IMG/VR virus record: IMGVR_UViG_3300002835_000068
Coordinates: 1-64,000 of that record
DNA: 64,000 nucleotides
Direction: 5' to 3' (one strand)
Source: a virus
Shown here: one piece after another, positions 21,194-31,150 of the stretch
Layout: each line of letters starts with the position of its first letter
Position numbering within the stretch: the stretch's first letter is position 1
Made by a program: the position numbers and the translations under genes
The notes under the pieces: generated by a model
Database searches by the model: none
Told to the model about the DNA's origin: nothing
What the model saw: only the letters and a program-made list of their open reading frames with translations

Positions 21194-21801
21194 TGAAAAT
21201 AGTTAAAGGGTTTATAGAAAAATCAGATTTAGACATAGTTCAAGAGTATATTAAAAATATAAAATTTCATACAAGGGAAGACCATGTACCATTGCACGAT
21301 AATTTATTTGACAACGATGGTACAAAGTTTGACATACATACTCGTGGAGAAATGCCAGACAATGTTTTAGATGTTTTTTCAAAGTACTCTAGATCCTACT
21401 ACGATATAGTTCAATCCGAAAATGAAGATTTATATCATCCACCAATGTTTTCTAAGCACTACATAGCAAGATATAGAAGTGGCGCATTTGCAGAGCCACA
21501 CAACAATGAAAAGACAAAGCCAGAAGGAACCTACTATTCTTTTATTGTTTGGCAAAATGCAGAAGATGGAGGAGACTTTATCTTCCCTGAGTTAGATAAA
21601 TCTTTTAAGCCAGAGCCTGGAGATCTTGTCTATTTTAAAGAAAAGTTTGAAAATAACCATGGTATAACAAAAATAATTTCTGGAGATCTATTCTTGTCAG
21701 AAGCCTGGATGGGTAAAAGAGGTCAACACTGGATGGAAAATAAAGCATCCTATGAAGAAGTTGACTGGGAAAACTGGGAAATAAAGGGTTTTTATGAATG
21801 A
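21193..21801 (+). CDS. 2OG-Fe(II) oxygenase-fold protein with degenerate motifs
   Basis: ARY...HNN in place of HxD, GGDFIFP, HGI, no 2OG-binding Arg. Confidence 0.7.
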   Translation: MKIVKGFIEKSDLDIVQEYIKNIKFHTREDHVPLHDNLFDNDGTKFDIHTRGEMPDNVLDVFSKYSRSYYDIVQSENEDLYHPPMFSKHYIARYRSGAFAEPHNNEKTKPEGTYYSFIVWQNAEDGGDFIFPELDKSFKPEPGDLVYFKEKFENNHGITKIISGDLFLSEAWMGKRGQHWMENKASYEEVDWENWEIKGFYE

Positions 21802-22303
21802 CCAAATAAAAGTTATAAGAGGGTTCATGGACCCAGAAGATGCGATGCTTGTTTCAGACTATGCCAGGTCTGTCGATTCCTCTTTTACTGAGTTTGGTAA
21901 TGGTGAAAAAGAGTTTACATTTCATGCAAAATTTGAAGACTCAGATATTCAAAGCCTTTTAAATTTTTATGGACAACTTTCTTTGAAGTTTGTAAGAGAT
22001 AACTACGTGGGCCCATTCCAAGATTATGATAGCACCAAAACCCATATTGCTAGATTTAGTCAAGGGGATGGAATGCACGAACATTTTGATTCCACAAAGC
22101 CTAATGACATAGCAACTTTAATATATTTAAACAATGATTATGTAGGGGGAGAAATATACTTCCCAGACTATGACGTACACATTAAGCCTGATGCTGGAGA
22201 TCTTGTGTGTTTCCCAGATACTCCAGATTTTGTCCATGGTGTTAAGCCAATAACTGAGGGTATCAGATATACGGCACCACGATGGTTCACACGCATAGTG
22301 TGA
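21794..22303 (+). CDS. Prolyl 4-hydroxylase-like 2OG-Fe(II) oxygenase
   Basis: HFD, YLNNDYVGGEIYFP, HGVKPITEGIRY. Confidence 0.85.
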   Translation: MNDQIKVIRGFMDPEDAMLVSDYARSVDSSFTEFGNGEKEFTFHAKFEDSDIQSLLNFYGQLSLKFVRDNYVGPFQDYDSTKTHIARFSQGDGMHEHFDSTKPNDIATLIYLNNDYVGGEIYFPDYDVHIKPDAGDLVCFPDTPDFVHGVKPITEGIRYTAPRWFTRIV

Positions 22304-22318
22304 TAAAATAGACCTATA

Positions 22319-25300
22319 ATGTCTAATCCGTCAAATCTATATGCAGAAAAAATTTATGCAGAGCACCCCATCGCTCTTTGGTCCCTTGATGACAAGGCTG
22401 ACTATATAAGCCTAATAGACGAATCAGATCGTAATATCAACTTGTGGACTATAACAAATGGAACATCCACATCACATTCTTTATTTGATGAGCCATTTCC
22501 AGAAAGCCAAACTACAAAAATAACTGGTGTTTTGACAGAAGATGATTTTGGGCAGATAACTTGCATAAGCAATAACATTGTTAACTTTTCTTCATTAAAT
22601 AAAACATTATCAACATTTTCAATTGGGGCATTCTTTAACTCGATAAGTGCCTATGCCTCTAGTTTTGAAATAGGGTATGAATATTATGACACAACATCTG
22701 GAAGCACAATTCAAAGGCTAAAGTCTTATACAACATCTGTTCAGGGTAGATGGTTTTTTATATCAGAAACATTTGACATTCCAGAAGATAATACTGAGTT
22801 TAGAATTGTTATAAAGATTAATTACATAGGGGGTGCGTCAACTACGGATGACTATGAGTTTTTGATAAATGGAATTACTGCTGGACAGTGGTGTGAAGAA
22901 TTTAACTCTTCATCTCTTGGAGTTCAAAAGTCTGCATTGCCGTCAAGTATTGCATTGCCTTCATCTTTTGGAATTGAGGCAGATGCTTATGGACTTCAAG
23001 AAAACAAAGCATACTACATAGTTAAAGACAACAGCCTTGTAGCAAAAAATACAGGAATCCCACTTGTTTATGGTGCATCAAACCTAACAAAACTTTTACC
23101 AAACCCAAATATGCCATCCCTTATAATTCCAGGATTGGGGTTTTTATCTGAAGCGGGGCAGTACAAAGAATATACTCTAGAGGCATGGTTAAGAATTAAT
23201 TCAGACTCAGTTACGAAGAAGCGAATAATTGGCCCAATTGCTTCTACTGATGGAATATATGTAGAAGGACCTTTTATTATTTTAAAAATTGGAGATAGTT
23301 CTGGATCTTACTATGTTGGAGAGTGGACTAGACCAATGCTCATTCACATTAGATTTTCAGAAAATAGTTCATCACTTCTTATAAATGGTGAGCAGGTTAT
23401 ATCTTTAAACTATCTTAGTTCTGAACTTGTGTTCCCTTCAAAATTAAACTCATTGTCAAAAGATCAGGACTGGATAGGATTTTATGCATACGAGGATGTT
23501 TCGCCAATAGAGGTAGATTGCGTTGCAATATATACCTATCAAGTTCCAACAATTCTTGCTAAAAAAAGATTTGTTTATGGTCAGGGAGTTGAGTTTCCAG
23601 AAGGCATTAATCAGGCATACAGTGGCTCATCTGTGTATATCGACTATCCTTTTGCAGACTATACAAATAATTACTCATACCCAAATATAGGCAAGTGGGG
23701 TCAGGCAATCGTTGATAATCTTAGTGTTGAAAATAATCTTTTATGCACACCAGACTATAAACTTCCAGAAATAGTTTTAGGATCTTCAAATATAGATCAG
23801 TTATATTCTGATCTTGAAGACATTCAAAATGAAACAAATAAGTTTTTTTCCTTTGATTCCGTAGCAAGCGGATATATGTACTTTGATAATCTAAACTTTT
23901 TAAATCAAAAGGTTAGATCCTTTTATGGATCTTTTAAGTTTTTAGAAGAGCCAACATCAACACAGATACTGTTTAGGATAGAGTCTGAAAATTCATCAGA
24001 CTACTTTGAGGTATCTACACAAAACAAAAATGTTGTGTATAAGTTAAAGTATGGATCAACAGAAGAAGTTCTTGCAACATTTTCTTGGTCAGGCTCAAAC
24101 CCATTTACTGGAATAGCGATAGAAGAAATGTTTTCTGTTGGATTAGATATAGACAAAGCCTCTAAGTATTTTGGAGGAAATCTTGCATCATTCTTTGGCA
24201 ATATCAACACCCTAAAGTTTTACATAGGTGGAAGGTCAAACTTAACACAAACCTTTACTGGTAAAATATACAAGGTTGGTTTTTGCACAGCAAGAAATCA
24301 TAAAAAGATTGAGTATTTATTTAATGAAAGAGGAATACCTCTAAACGATGAGAGCGTCTTTGATTTGTACTCAGATACAATAGATGTGGCGTACAACTCT
24401 ACAGATAATTATTTTGGAACCAATGAGGCAGAGTGGGACCAAGTAGTTGACTCTGGAAGCGTAGACTCGTACCCACTGGAAGGTTTCCAGGTACACACAG
24501 CAAGTTATACACTTTCTCCTTCAAGTTACTTTGATAAATATGCACTAGATATAGATATACAAGGTTATTGGGAAGACTATATTCCTCTTACATACTTTGC
24601 TCAATATGTGGAAGATGAAAAAAACAGTTCATATTATGACTTAGATCTTCTACAGTTTAACCTTAACTATCCAGCACCATCAAACTTTATTGAAGAAGAA
24701 CAAACTGGGGAATGGACATATAGAGAATTAACCGATGAGTATAACCTGCCAATTCAAAGGACTTATCAGTCATTAGATAATCAGTTGTTTACTGGTTACT
24801 TAAACTACGATGATTTAAAAAATAGAGCATATAAAAATTACAAGTATGACACATCAAACTCTTTGGTAAAGTCTTATGTAACATTTCAATATATAGCAAA
24901 TGGGGCAAACCTTTCAGAGTCAAACTTTGTTAATATAGAAAAGCCATCAAACGATTCCATTGTTGTTCCAGGAGAAAACTGGATGAGTACAAAGTATGAA
25001 GTTGTAAATAACATGATTATTTATCCACCAAAGGATGTTCGTGTTTTGGACCTTGCTATAGTAACTCACTTAGATTTTAACGTAAAGGGAATTATAAATA
25101 ACAGGGTAAAGATAAGAAATCTAGAATATGCTTCCCAAGCCTTTAACTCAACATCTCCAAACCCAATTGGTACAAGATTTGGAAATGAAATTTATCCATA
25201 TAGGAAGTCTGGATTCTACTATGACTACAAATCTAGAAATCCGTTTACAATTTACAAGGGCAGTTCTCCTTATCTATATCTTACACGGTACACAGGGATC

Positions 25301-26026
25301 GAACTAAAAGGAACCTACGACCCAATAATTAATCGTGGTCTTTCTATTCCCATTAACAAAGAGATGTCAAGCAATTACAAAGTAATGGCTATGCAAACAG
25401 CAATACGCTATGACCAAGACGCTTTCCCTTATGCTTCAACAGAGATATTTGAGATTAAAGCAAAAAACACACATATTAAGTTTTATATGGTTGCAATACA
25501 TCCTAGCGGAGAAAGAGCAAAGATATATGCTGTAAATGTTAAAACTGGAAGGCTTGAAGACGGCATTGGATTTTATTGGAACGGTAAATTAGTAAAAGAG
25601 CCAGTAATCACAGTTAAGGAGTGGGGGTTCCTTGGAATTGCATTCCCTACACTGCTAGACTTTAATTCTAGGGTTGGGTCAATTAACCTAAATGGACCTA
25701 TCACATTTAACACAATATCTTACTACCAGTCAACCAACCTTCAAGAGGTTCAAAAGGTAGATGTTCGACCTTGGTTTGCTGTTAAGTATGCAATCCCCCT
25801 CACTCTTGAGTGGGACTACTGGAAGACATCTCCATCTGTCTGGGATGGTGTTCTAATTCTTTCTTCAACAAGTTATTACGGAGTAGACCCATCTACTATT
25901 TATAAGAGTTATACTGGAACAAATAAGATAATTGTTGATACTGACAAGGTTTTTACGGTTAATGGATACGAATATACAGTCTATAAAGGTATCACATCGA
26001 AACAAATAACCTCTGATGCTGTCTAA
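22319..26026 (+). CDS. Large virion protein with LamG/ConA-like beta domains
   Basis: HPIALWSLD, YTLEAWLRI, SLLINGE; 1235 aa, beta-rich. Confidence 0.6.
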   Translation: MSNPSNLYAEKIYAEHPIALWSLDDKADYISLIDESDRNINLWTITNGTSTSHSLFDEPFPESQTTKITGVLTEDDFGQITCISNNIVNFSSLNKTLSTFSIGAFFNSISAYASSFEIGYEYYDTTSGSTIQRLKSYTTSVQGRWFFISETFDIPEDNTEFRIVIKINYIGGASTTDDYEFLINGITAGQWCEEFNSSSLGVQKSALPSSIALPSSFGIEADAYGLQENKAYYIVKDNSLVAKNTGIPLVYGASNLTKLLPNPNMPSLIIPGLGFLSEAGQYKEYTLEAWLRINSDSVTKKRIIGPIASTDGIYVEGPFIILKIGDSSGSYYVGEWTRPMLIHIRFSENSSSLLINGEQVISLNYLSSELVFPSKLNSLSKDQDWIGFYAYEDVSPIEVDCVAIYTYQVPTILAKKRFVYGQGVEFPEGINQAYSGSSVYIDYPFADYTNNYSYPNIGKWGQAIVDNLSVENNLLCTPDYKLPEIVLGSSNIDQLYSDLEDIQNETNKFFSFDSVASGYMYFDNLNFLNQKVRSFYGSFKFLEEPTSTQILFRIESENSSDYFEVSTQNKNVVYKLKYGSTEEVLATFSWSGSNPFTGIAIEEMFSVGLDIDKASKYFGGNLASFFGNINTLKFYIGGRSNLTQTFTGKIYKVGFCTARNHKKIEYLFNERGIPLNDESVFDLYSDTIDVAYNSTDNYFGTNEAEWDQVVDSGSVDSYPLEGFQVHTASYTLSPSSYFDKYALDIDIQGYWEDYIPLTYFAQYVEDEKNSSYYDLDLLQFNLNYPAPSNFIEEEQTGEWTYRELTDEYNLPIQRTYQSLDNQLFTGYLNYDDLKNRAYKNYKYDTSNSLVKSYVTFQYIANGANLSESNFVNIEKPSNDSIVVPGENWMSTKYEVVNNMIIYPPKDVRVLDLAIVTHLDFNVKGIINNRVKIRNLEYASQAFNSTSPNPIGTRFGNEIYPYRKSGFYYDYKSRNPFTIYKGSSPYLYLTRYTGIELKGTYDPIINRGLSIPINKEMSSNYKVMAMQTAIRYDQDAFPYASTEIFEIKAKNTHIKFYMVAIHPSGERAKIYAVNVKTGRLEDGIGFYWNGKLVKEPVITVKEWGFLGIAFPTLLDFNSRVGSINLNGPITFNTISYYQSTNLQEVQKVDVRPWFAVKYAIPLTLEWDYWKTSPSVWDGVLILSSTSYYGVDPSTIYKSYTGTNKIIVDTDKVFTVNGYEYTVYKGITSKQITSDAV

Positions 26027-26044
26027 TGTGGTATACTTATTGAT

Positions 26045-26449
26045 ATGAATATGGAAGATCCACGTAAAAAGAAGAAGCAACTGCCCAAAATGAAGGGGCA
26101 AGTGGGCGAGTCCCGTGCAAAAGTTATTGAAAAGCATTATGACTGGGGTCTATATGTGTATAAGAAGGCTAACGGTAAGTGGTTTACGGATGGAACAGGT
26201 TCAGTTCTCAACATTGAATCAATGAAGGGTGACATCCTCCAAATCTCTAAACTCAAAGAAGCAGCAAAATATTACGGGGATGAAGGAGATGGAGAATGCA
26301 TCTTCGTCCCAGGACTAACAAGAATTTCAGAAGAAGAATACTCTGAGCAAAAACAAAGAATGGCAGAAGGTCTGATTCCTTCTCTTAATGACCTTGGTGC
26401 AGTTCAGGCAGCCAAGGACACAATTGCTAAGTATGGAAGTGATGACTAA
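26045..26449 (+). CDS. Hypothetical protein preceding portal
   Basis: Leaderless after TGGTATACT; coupled to portal. Confidence 0.7.
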   Translation: MNMEDPRKKKKQLPKMKGQVGESRAKVIEKHYDWGLYVYKKANGKWFTDGTGSVLNIESMKGDILQISKLKEAAKYYGDEGDGECIFVPGLTRISEEEYSEQKQRMAEGLIPSLNDLGAVQAAKDTIAKYGSDD

Positions 26450-28056
26450 TGAGTGAAGAAAAAGAATTTTTTATTAGAGCAAAGACAGACAGCCCACTTC
26501 CAGAAGATGATACATTTACAAAGCAGGACCCTTTTAATCAGTCTTGGGATGTAATTAAAGACCTACAGGGACTTGACTCAAACTTTAAAAGAAGAACTTC
26601 CCGCATCGTAAAGGGAGAAGCAACACAAGGCTATATTGATAGTTCACGAGCAGAAAGCACAGGTCGTGATGGGGCAAAGTCTAAAGAAATTAACTCAGGA
26701 ACAGTATTTAGAAATGCCTATGGACTCTTTGATGTAATTACGCCTCCGTGGAATCTTTATGAACTTGCAAGTTTTTATGACACCTCTTTTGCTAACCATG
26801 CAGCAATTGATGCAAAGGTTGAGAACATTGTAGGTCTTGGATATGAGTTTAAGGTTTCACAAAGAACAATGCTTAAGTTAGAAGCATCAGAGCCAAAGAC
26901 AGCAGAGAATGCACGTAAGAGAATTGAACGAGCAAAGATTGAACTAAGTGATTGGCTAGAATCGCTAAACACAGAAGACTCATTTACAACAACCATGGAA
27001 AAGGTTTTTACAGATCTTCAAGCAACAGGTAACGGGTACCTTGAAGTAGGTAGAACTGTTCGTGGTGATATTGGATATGTTGGACATATCCCTTCTACAA
27101 CAATGCGTGTTCGTCGTCTTCGTGATGGCTTTGTCCAGGTTATTGCAAATAAAGTAGTTTACTTCCGTAACTTTGGAGCAAGTAACCCAAACCCGCTTGG
27201 AACAGATGCTCGTCCTAACGAGATCATTCACTTTAAAGAATACTCACCACTTAATACATTCTATGGAGTACCAGATATTATGTCTGCAATCGGATCACTT
27301 CATGGAGACCAACTTGCGTCACAGTACAACATTGATTACTTTCAGAATAAGGCAACTCCCAGGTATGTTGTAACACTTAAGGGCGCTAAGTTATCTGCTG
27401 AAGCAGAAGACAAGATGTTTAGATTCTTACAGACTGGTCTTAAAGGACAGAATCACAGAACTCTTTACATACCGCTTCCTGGTGACTCAGACACTAACAA
27501 GGTAGAGTTTAAGATGGACCCTGTAGAAAATGGAATCCAAGAAGCATCGTTTAAAGAATACCGTAAGCAAAATAGAGATGACATTCTTGTTGCACACCAA
27601 GTTCCTCTTTCTAAGATTGGTGGTTCTGACTCTGCAGCAATCGCAGCAGCACTGTCTCAAGACAGAACATTTAAAGAGCAGGTTGCAAGACCAGCACAAA
27701 GAAATCTTGAGAAGATGATCAACAAGATAGTAAAAGAAAAAACAGATATTCTGGAGTTTAAGTTTAATGAACTTACACTTACAGATGAGATTGCTCAGTC
27801 ACAGATTATTGAGAGACTTGTTAAGACTCAGGTTATGATGCCAAATGAGGGAAGAGAACTTCTTGGACTTCCTCAGATAGAAGGCGGAAATGAACCGTTT
27901 GATCCAAAGCCAGAACAGGCAGCAAACGATAATGCAGACCGTGCAAGGGACACCGAAAGAACTAACAACCAGTCTGATGGACCAGCCACAGTAAGTGGAA
28001 GAAATCCAAAAGGCGAAGGTCGTAAATCTGACGACGTGTCCGATATGTCCAAATAG
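26449..28056 (+). CDS. Portal protein
   Basis: GNGYLEV, EIIHFKEYSP...YGVP, YFQNKATP, PNEGRE.LGLP. Confidence 0.9.
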   Translation: MSEEKEFFIRAKTDSPLPEDDTFTKQDPFNQSWDVIKDLQGLDSNFKRRTSRIVKGEATQGYIDSSRAESTGRDGAKSKEINSGTVFRNAYGLFDVITPPWNLYELASFYDTSFANHAAIDAKVENIVGLGYEFKVSQRTMLKLEASEPKTAENARKRIERAKIELSDWLESLNTEDSFTTTMEKVFTDLQATGNGYLEVGRTVRGDIGYVGHIPSTTMRVRRLRDGFVQVIANKVVYFRNFGASNPNPLGTDARPNEIIHFKEYSPLNTFYGVPDIMSAIGSLHGDQLASQYNIDYFQNKATPRYVVTLKGAKLSAEAEDKMFRFLQTGLKGQNHRTLYIPLPGDSDTNKVEFKMDPVENGIQEASFKEYRKQNRDDILVAHQVPLSKIGGSDSAAIAAALSQDRTFKEQVARPAQRNLEKMINKIVKEKTDILEFKFNELTLTDEIAQSQIIERLVKTQVMMPNEGRELLGLPQIEGGNEPFDPKPEQAANDNADRARDTERTNNQSDGPATVSGRNPKGEGRKSDDVSDMSK

Positions 28057-28094
28057 TGATACTTTAGAAAAAAAGGGTATATAATAGAATAACC

Positions 28095-29411
28095 ATGATT
28101 ATATCAAAAGCGCATTGGAATTCAGATGGTGATAATATTCGCCTATCTATGCCTTTAACCAAGGTAGATAAAGAACGCAGAATTGTATCTGGTTTTGCAT
28201 CCCTTGACAACCTTGATAAGCAAGACGATATCGTAACTGCAGAAGCAAGCATGGCAGCATTTGCAAAATTCCGTGGGAACATTAGAGAAATGCATCAGCC
28301 AGTAGCAGTAGGCAAGATGGTAGATTTTAAAGAAGATAAATATTTTGATCCAGAGACAAAGAAATTCTATAAGGGAGTATTTGTTTCAGCATATGTTTCA
28401 AAGGGTGCTCAAGATACTTGGGAAAAGGTTCTCGATGGAACACTTACAGGTTTTTCTATTGGTGGACGAATGAACAAGTGGGACGATGCCTATGATGAGA
28501 AGTCAGATAAGTCAATCAGAGTTATTAAGGAATATGATTTGGTAGAGTTGAGTCTTGTAGATTCCCCTGCTAATCAATTTGCAAACATTGTGTCGGTTGA
28601 AAAGGTAGATGGTGTAGATGTTATTAAAGGTGACTCAACTGTCCTAGAAAATGTTTTTTACGATAAGCAAAATGGTATTGTTATAGCATCTGAAAATGAA
28701 TCAGAACTTAGCCCAATTACTGGTGAGCAGATGGAAAATATAGGGTTCGTTGAAAAAACGGATAGTGAAAAAACAAACATGATAAAATTCTTAGTTGATA
28801 GTGCTAAAGGCATTAATACTTCTAAGATTAACAAGGAGGTACAACCTATGACAGAAAACACAGAAACAGTTGCAGAAGTTATTGAAACAGAAGCATCAGT
28901 AGAAGTAGCAAAGTCAGAGGTCGCTCCAGAGGTTGATGCCGTAGTTGAGGCACCTACAGAAGAAGTTGCTAAGGCTGATGAAGCCCCAGCATCTGAAGAA
29001 GTTGCAAAGTCTGAAGAGACTCCTGCAGCAGATGTAGTTGAAGAAGTTACAGAAGTATCTAAATCAGATGAAGCAATTGTTGACTCAGTTGCAGAAATCA
29101 AGAACACTCTAGAATCAGCCTTTAGCGATCTAGTTTCAACAGTTAAGTCTTTGCAGGCCGAAGTAGAAATGCTTAAGTCTTCTAAGGTAGATGTTGAAAC
29201 AGCAAAAACATCATTTGAAGCAGTTGCAAAAGATATTGCAGCAGTGTCAAGTGAATTTAATGAATTTGGTAAGCGTGTGGAACTTGTAGAGCAAGACACT
29301 GCTTTCCGAAAGTCTGGCGATCTCGGCGAGATAGTACAGAATCAACCTGAAACGGTTGAAAAATCCCTATGGGGCGGTAGTTTCCTCAAAACAGCCGACT
29401 TATTTAATTAA
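28095..29411 (+). CDS. Prohead protease (HK97-type) fused to acidic scaffold
   Basis: IREMH, GFSIGG, ELSLVDSPAN; acidic coiled-coil C-half. Confidence 0.88.
   Translation: MIISKAHWNSDGDNIRLSMPLTKVDKERRIVSGFASLDNLDKQDDIVTAEASMAAFAKFRGNIREMHQPVAVGKMVDFKEDKYFDPETKKFYKGVFVSAYVSKGAQDTWEKVLDGTLTGFSIGGRMNKWDDAYDEKSDKSIRVIKEYDLVELSLVDSPANQFANIVSVEKVDGVDVIKGDSTVLENVFYDKQNGIVIASENESELSPITGEQMENIGFVEKTDSEKTNMIKFLVDSAKGINTSKINKEVQPMTENTETVAEVIETEASVEVAKSEVAPEVDAVVEAPTEEVAKADEAPASEEVAKSEETPAADVVEEVTEVSKSDEAIVDSVAEIKNTLESAFSDLVSTVKSLQAEVEMLKSSKVDVETAKTSFEAVAKDIAAVSSEFNEFGKRVELVEQDTAFRKSGDLGEIVQNQPETVEKSLWGGSFLKTADLFN
28848..29411 (+). CDS. Nested in-frame scaffolding protein
   Basis: AAGGAGGT 7 nt before in-frame ATG at the protease/scaffold boundary. 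Confidence 0.6.
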   Translation: MTENTETVAEVIETEASVEVAKSEVAPEVDAVVEAPTEEVAKADEAPASEEVAKSEETPAADVVEEVTEVSKSDEAIVDSVAEIKNTLESAFSDLVSTVKSLQAEVEMLKSSKVDVETAKTSFEAVAKDIAAVSSEFNEFGKRVELVEQDTAFRKSGDLGEIVQNQPETVEKSLWGGSFLKTADLFN

Positions 29412-29447
29412 AAAAACAATAAGTAAAAAATCACAGGAGGTGACAAT

Positions 29448-30596
29448 ATGTCGGAACAAAATATAGAAAAGAACCAGCCTGGAACTTCAGGTAATCTTGG
29501 TGGAACAGCACCAGGACTGTATCAGGGACAAGGTGCATTCGCATCTGGATCTGAAGCAGGTTCAAACGTACCAGGTAATTACACCGATGGTGGTGTCTTG
29601 GGTAATATCCCAACAGCACTATCAGGAGTAACATCTGGACCAAATGCAGTTAACCCTTCAGGTGAGGCTGGATCAGGTATCCTACGCCCAGAGCAAGCAC
29701 GTCGTTTTATCGACTACGTGTGGGATGCTACCATTCTCGCCCAAGATGGCCGTCGTGTTACTATGAGAGCCAATACAATGGAACTCGAAAAGGTAAACGT
29801 CGGAGAGCGTGTTATTCGTGCAGCAGCGCAAGCAGTTGGCGATTACACAAACGCAGGTGCAACATTCTCAAAGGTTGAATTGACTACAAAGAAGATTCGT
29901 CTTGACTGGGAAGTATCTGCAGAAGCACTAGAAGATAACATCGAAGGTGCAGCACTAGAAGATCACATTGTACGCTTGATGACAAACGCTTTCGGTAATG
30001 ATATCGAAGACCTTGCAATCAACGGAACAGGTGCAGGATCAGATGCCTTTACTTCAATCATGAACGGTTTCGTAAATCGTGTCAAGACTGAAGGAGATGC
30101 TCATGAGTCAGTTGTAACAGTCGCTAATAACGCCTGGACAACAGATGTAATGCAGAACATCATCCTAGCAATGCCACGCAAGTATCGTGCTATCAAGTCT
30201 AACTTGAAGTTCTATGCTGGTACAGATGCATTCCAGGGAATCGTTAAGAACAACGGTACTCTAGCAGACGCAGTCGCAGAAGCATTTGCTTCTCAGGCTG
30301 GTGGTACTCCAACTAACCGTCAGGCATACCTTGATGGTGGAGCACAGACATTCGGTGGAGCACGTACAACACGTGTTCTCGGAATTGACGTACAGGAAGT
30401 TCCTTACTACCCTGCAGGATATGTCGACTTGACATTCCCACAGAACCGTGTATGGGGATTCCAGCGTGACATCACAGTAAACCGTGAATACAAGCCAAAG
30501 AAGGACACTGTAGAATATACAGTCTTCGTTCGCTTCGGTATTCAATGGGAAGAGCAGGATGCAATTGCATTCGCTGATGCTGCAGCAGACGAATAA
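29448..30596 (+). CDS. Major capsid protein
   Basis: GILRPEQARRFID, EALEDNIEG, EDLAINGT; AGGAGGT SD; position after protease. Confidence 0.9.
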   Translation: MSEQNIEKNQPGTSGNLGGTAPGLYQGQGAFASGSEAGSNVPGNYTDGGVLGNIPTALSGVTSGPNAVNPSGEAGSGILRPEQARRFIDYVWDATILAQDGRRVTMRANTMELEKVNVGERVIRAAAQAVGDYTNAGATFSKVELTTKKIRLDWEVSAEALEDNIEGAALEDHIVRLMTNAFGNDIEDLAINGTGAGSDAFTSIMNGFVNRVKTEGDAHESVVTVANNAWTTDVMQNIILAMPRKYRAIKSNLKFYAGTDAFQGIVKNNGTLADAVAEAFASQAGGTPTNRQAYLDGGAQTFGGARTTRVLGIDVQEVPYYPAGYVDLTFPQNRVWGFQRDITVNREYKPKKDTVEYTVFVRFGIQWEEQDAIAFADAAADE

Positions 30597-30617
30597 TCTG
30601 TAAACAGTACAATTTAG

Positions 30618-30647
30618 GGGGAGTAGGAGTTAACGCTCCTGCTCCCC
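30618..30647 (+). terminator. Terminator-like hairpin after capsid gene
   Basis: GGGGAGTAGGAGT-TAAC-GCTCCTGCTCCCC. Confidence 0.75.
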
Positions 30648-30686
30648 TTACTACTTATAATGATATAATACTAACAAGGAGGAATT

Positions 30687-31148
30687 ATGGAAAACATTAA
30701 TGAAAATCCAATTGTAGAAGAAACAGTACATGAATCACCAGTTTTTGAAGCACTAGTTGCACAAGAGCCTGTTGTTGAGGCACCAGTTGTCGAGCATGTT
30801 GTAGAAACTCCAGTTGTAGAAGAAGTACATCAACCAGTTCACGAAGAGGCTATCGAAGCACCAGTTTACCAGGCACCTGAAGAAGTTCAGGCACTAGGCT
30901 CTGTTGCAGAAGGAGTGATTGGGGCAACCACAGCACCAAAGGCACCTGAAAAGAAGAAGGCTTCTAAGCCTGCTGCAAAGAAAGAAACTGTAGCACTTTA
31001 CTCAACAAAGAATGTTACTTGGCCAGAAATAGGTAAGGTTTACCGTGGCTACAACATTGTTGAAAAGGATGCTGCTGAAAAGTGGCTTACTCGTTCACAC
31101 ATCCGCACAGCCACCCCAGAAGAAGTTGCCAAGGAATTCGGTAAGTAA
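30687..31148 (+). CDS. Acidic Pro/Val/Glu-rich hypothetical protein
   Basis: TGATATAAT promoter and AAGGAGG SD. Confidence 0.75.
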   Translation: MENINENPIVEETVHESPVFEALVAQEPVVEAPVVEHVVETPVVEEVHQPVHEEAIEAPVYQAPEEVQALGSVAEGVIGATTAPKAPEKKKASKPAAKKETVALYSTKNVTWPEIGKVYRGYNIVEKDAAEKWLTRSHIRTATPEEVAKEFGK

Positions 31149-31150
31149 AT

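Noticed and set aside
18234-22303. TET/JBP-type DNA hypermodification cassette
   Set aside because: Oxygenases look P4H/TIGR02466/JmjC-like, no DNA methyltransferase or nucleotide kinase is nearby, and AGCT avoidance suggests unprotected DNA; disfavoured but not excluded
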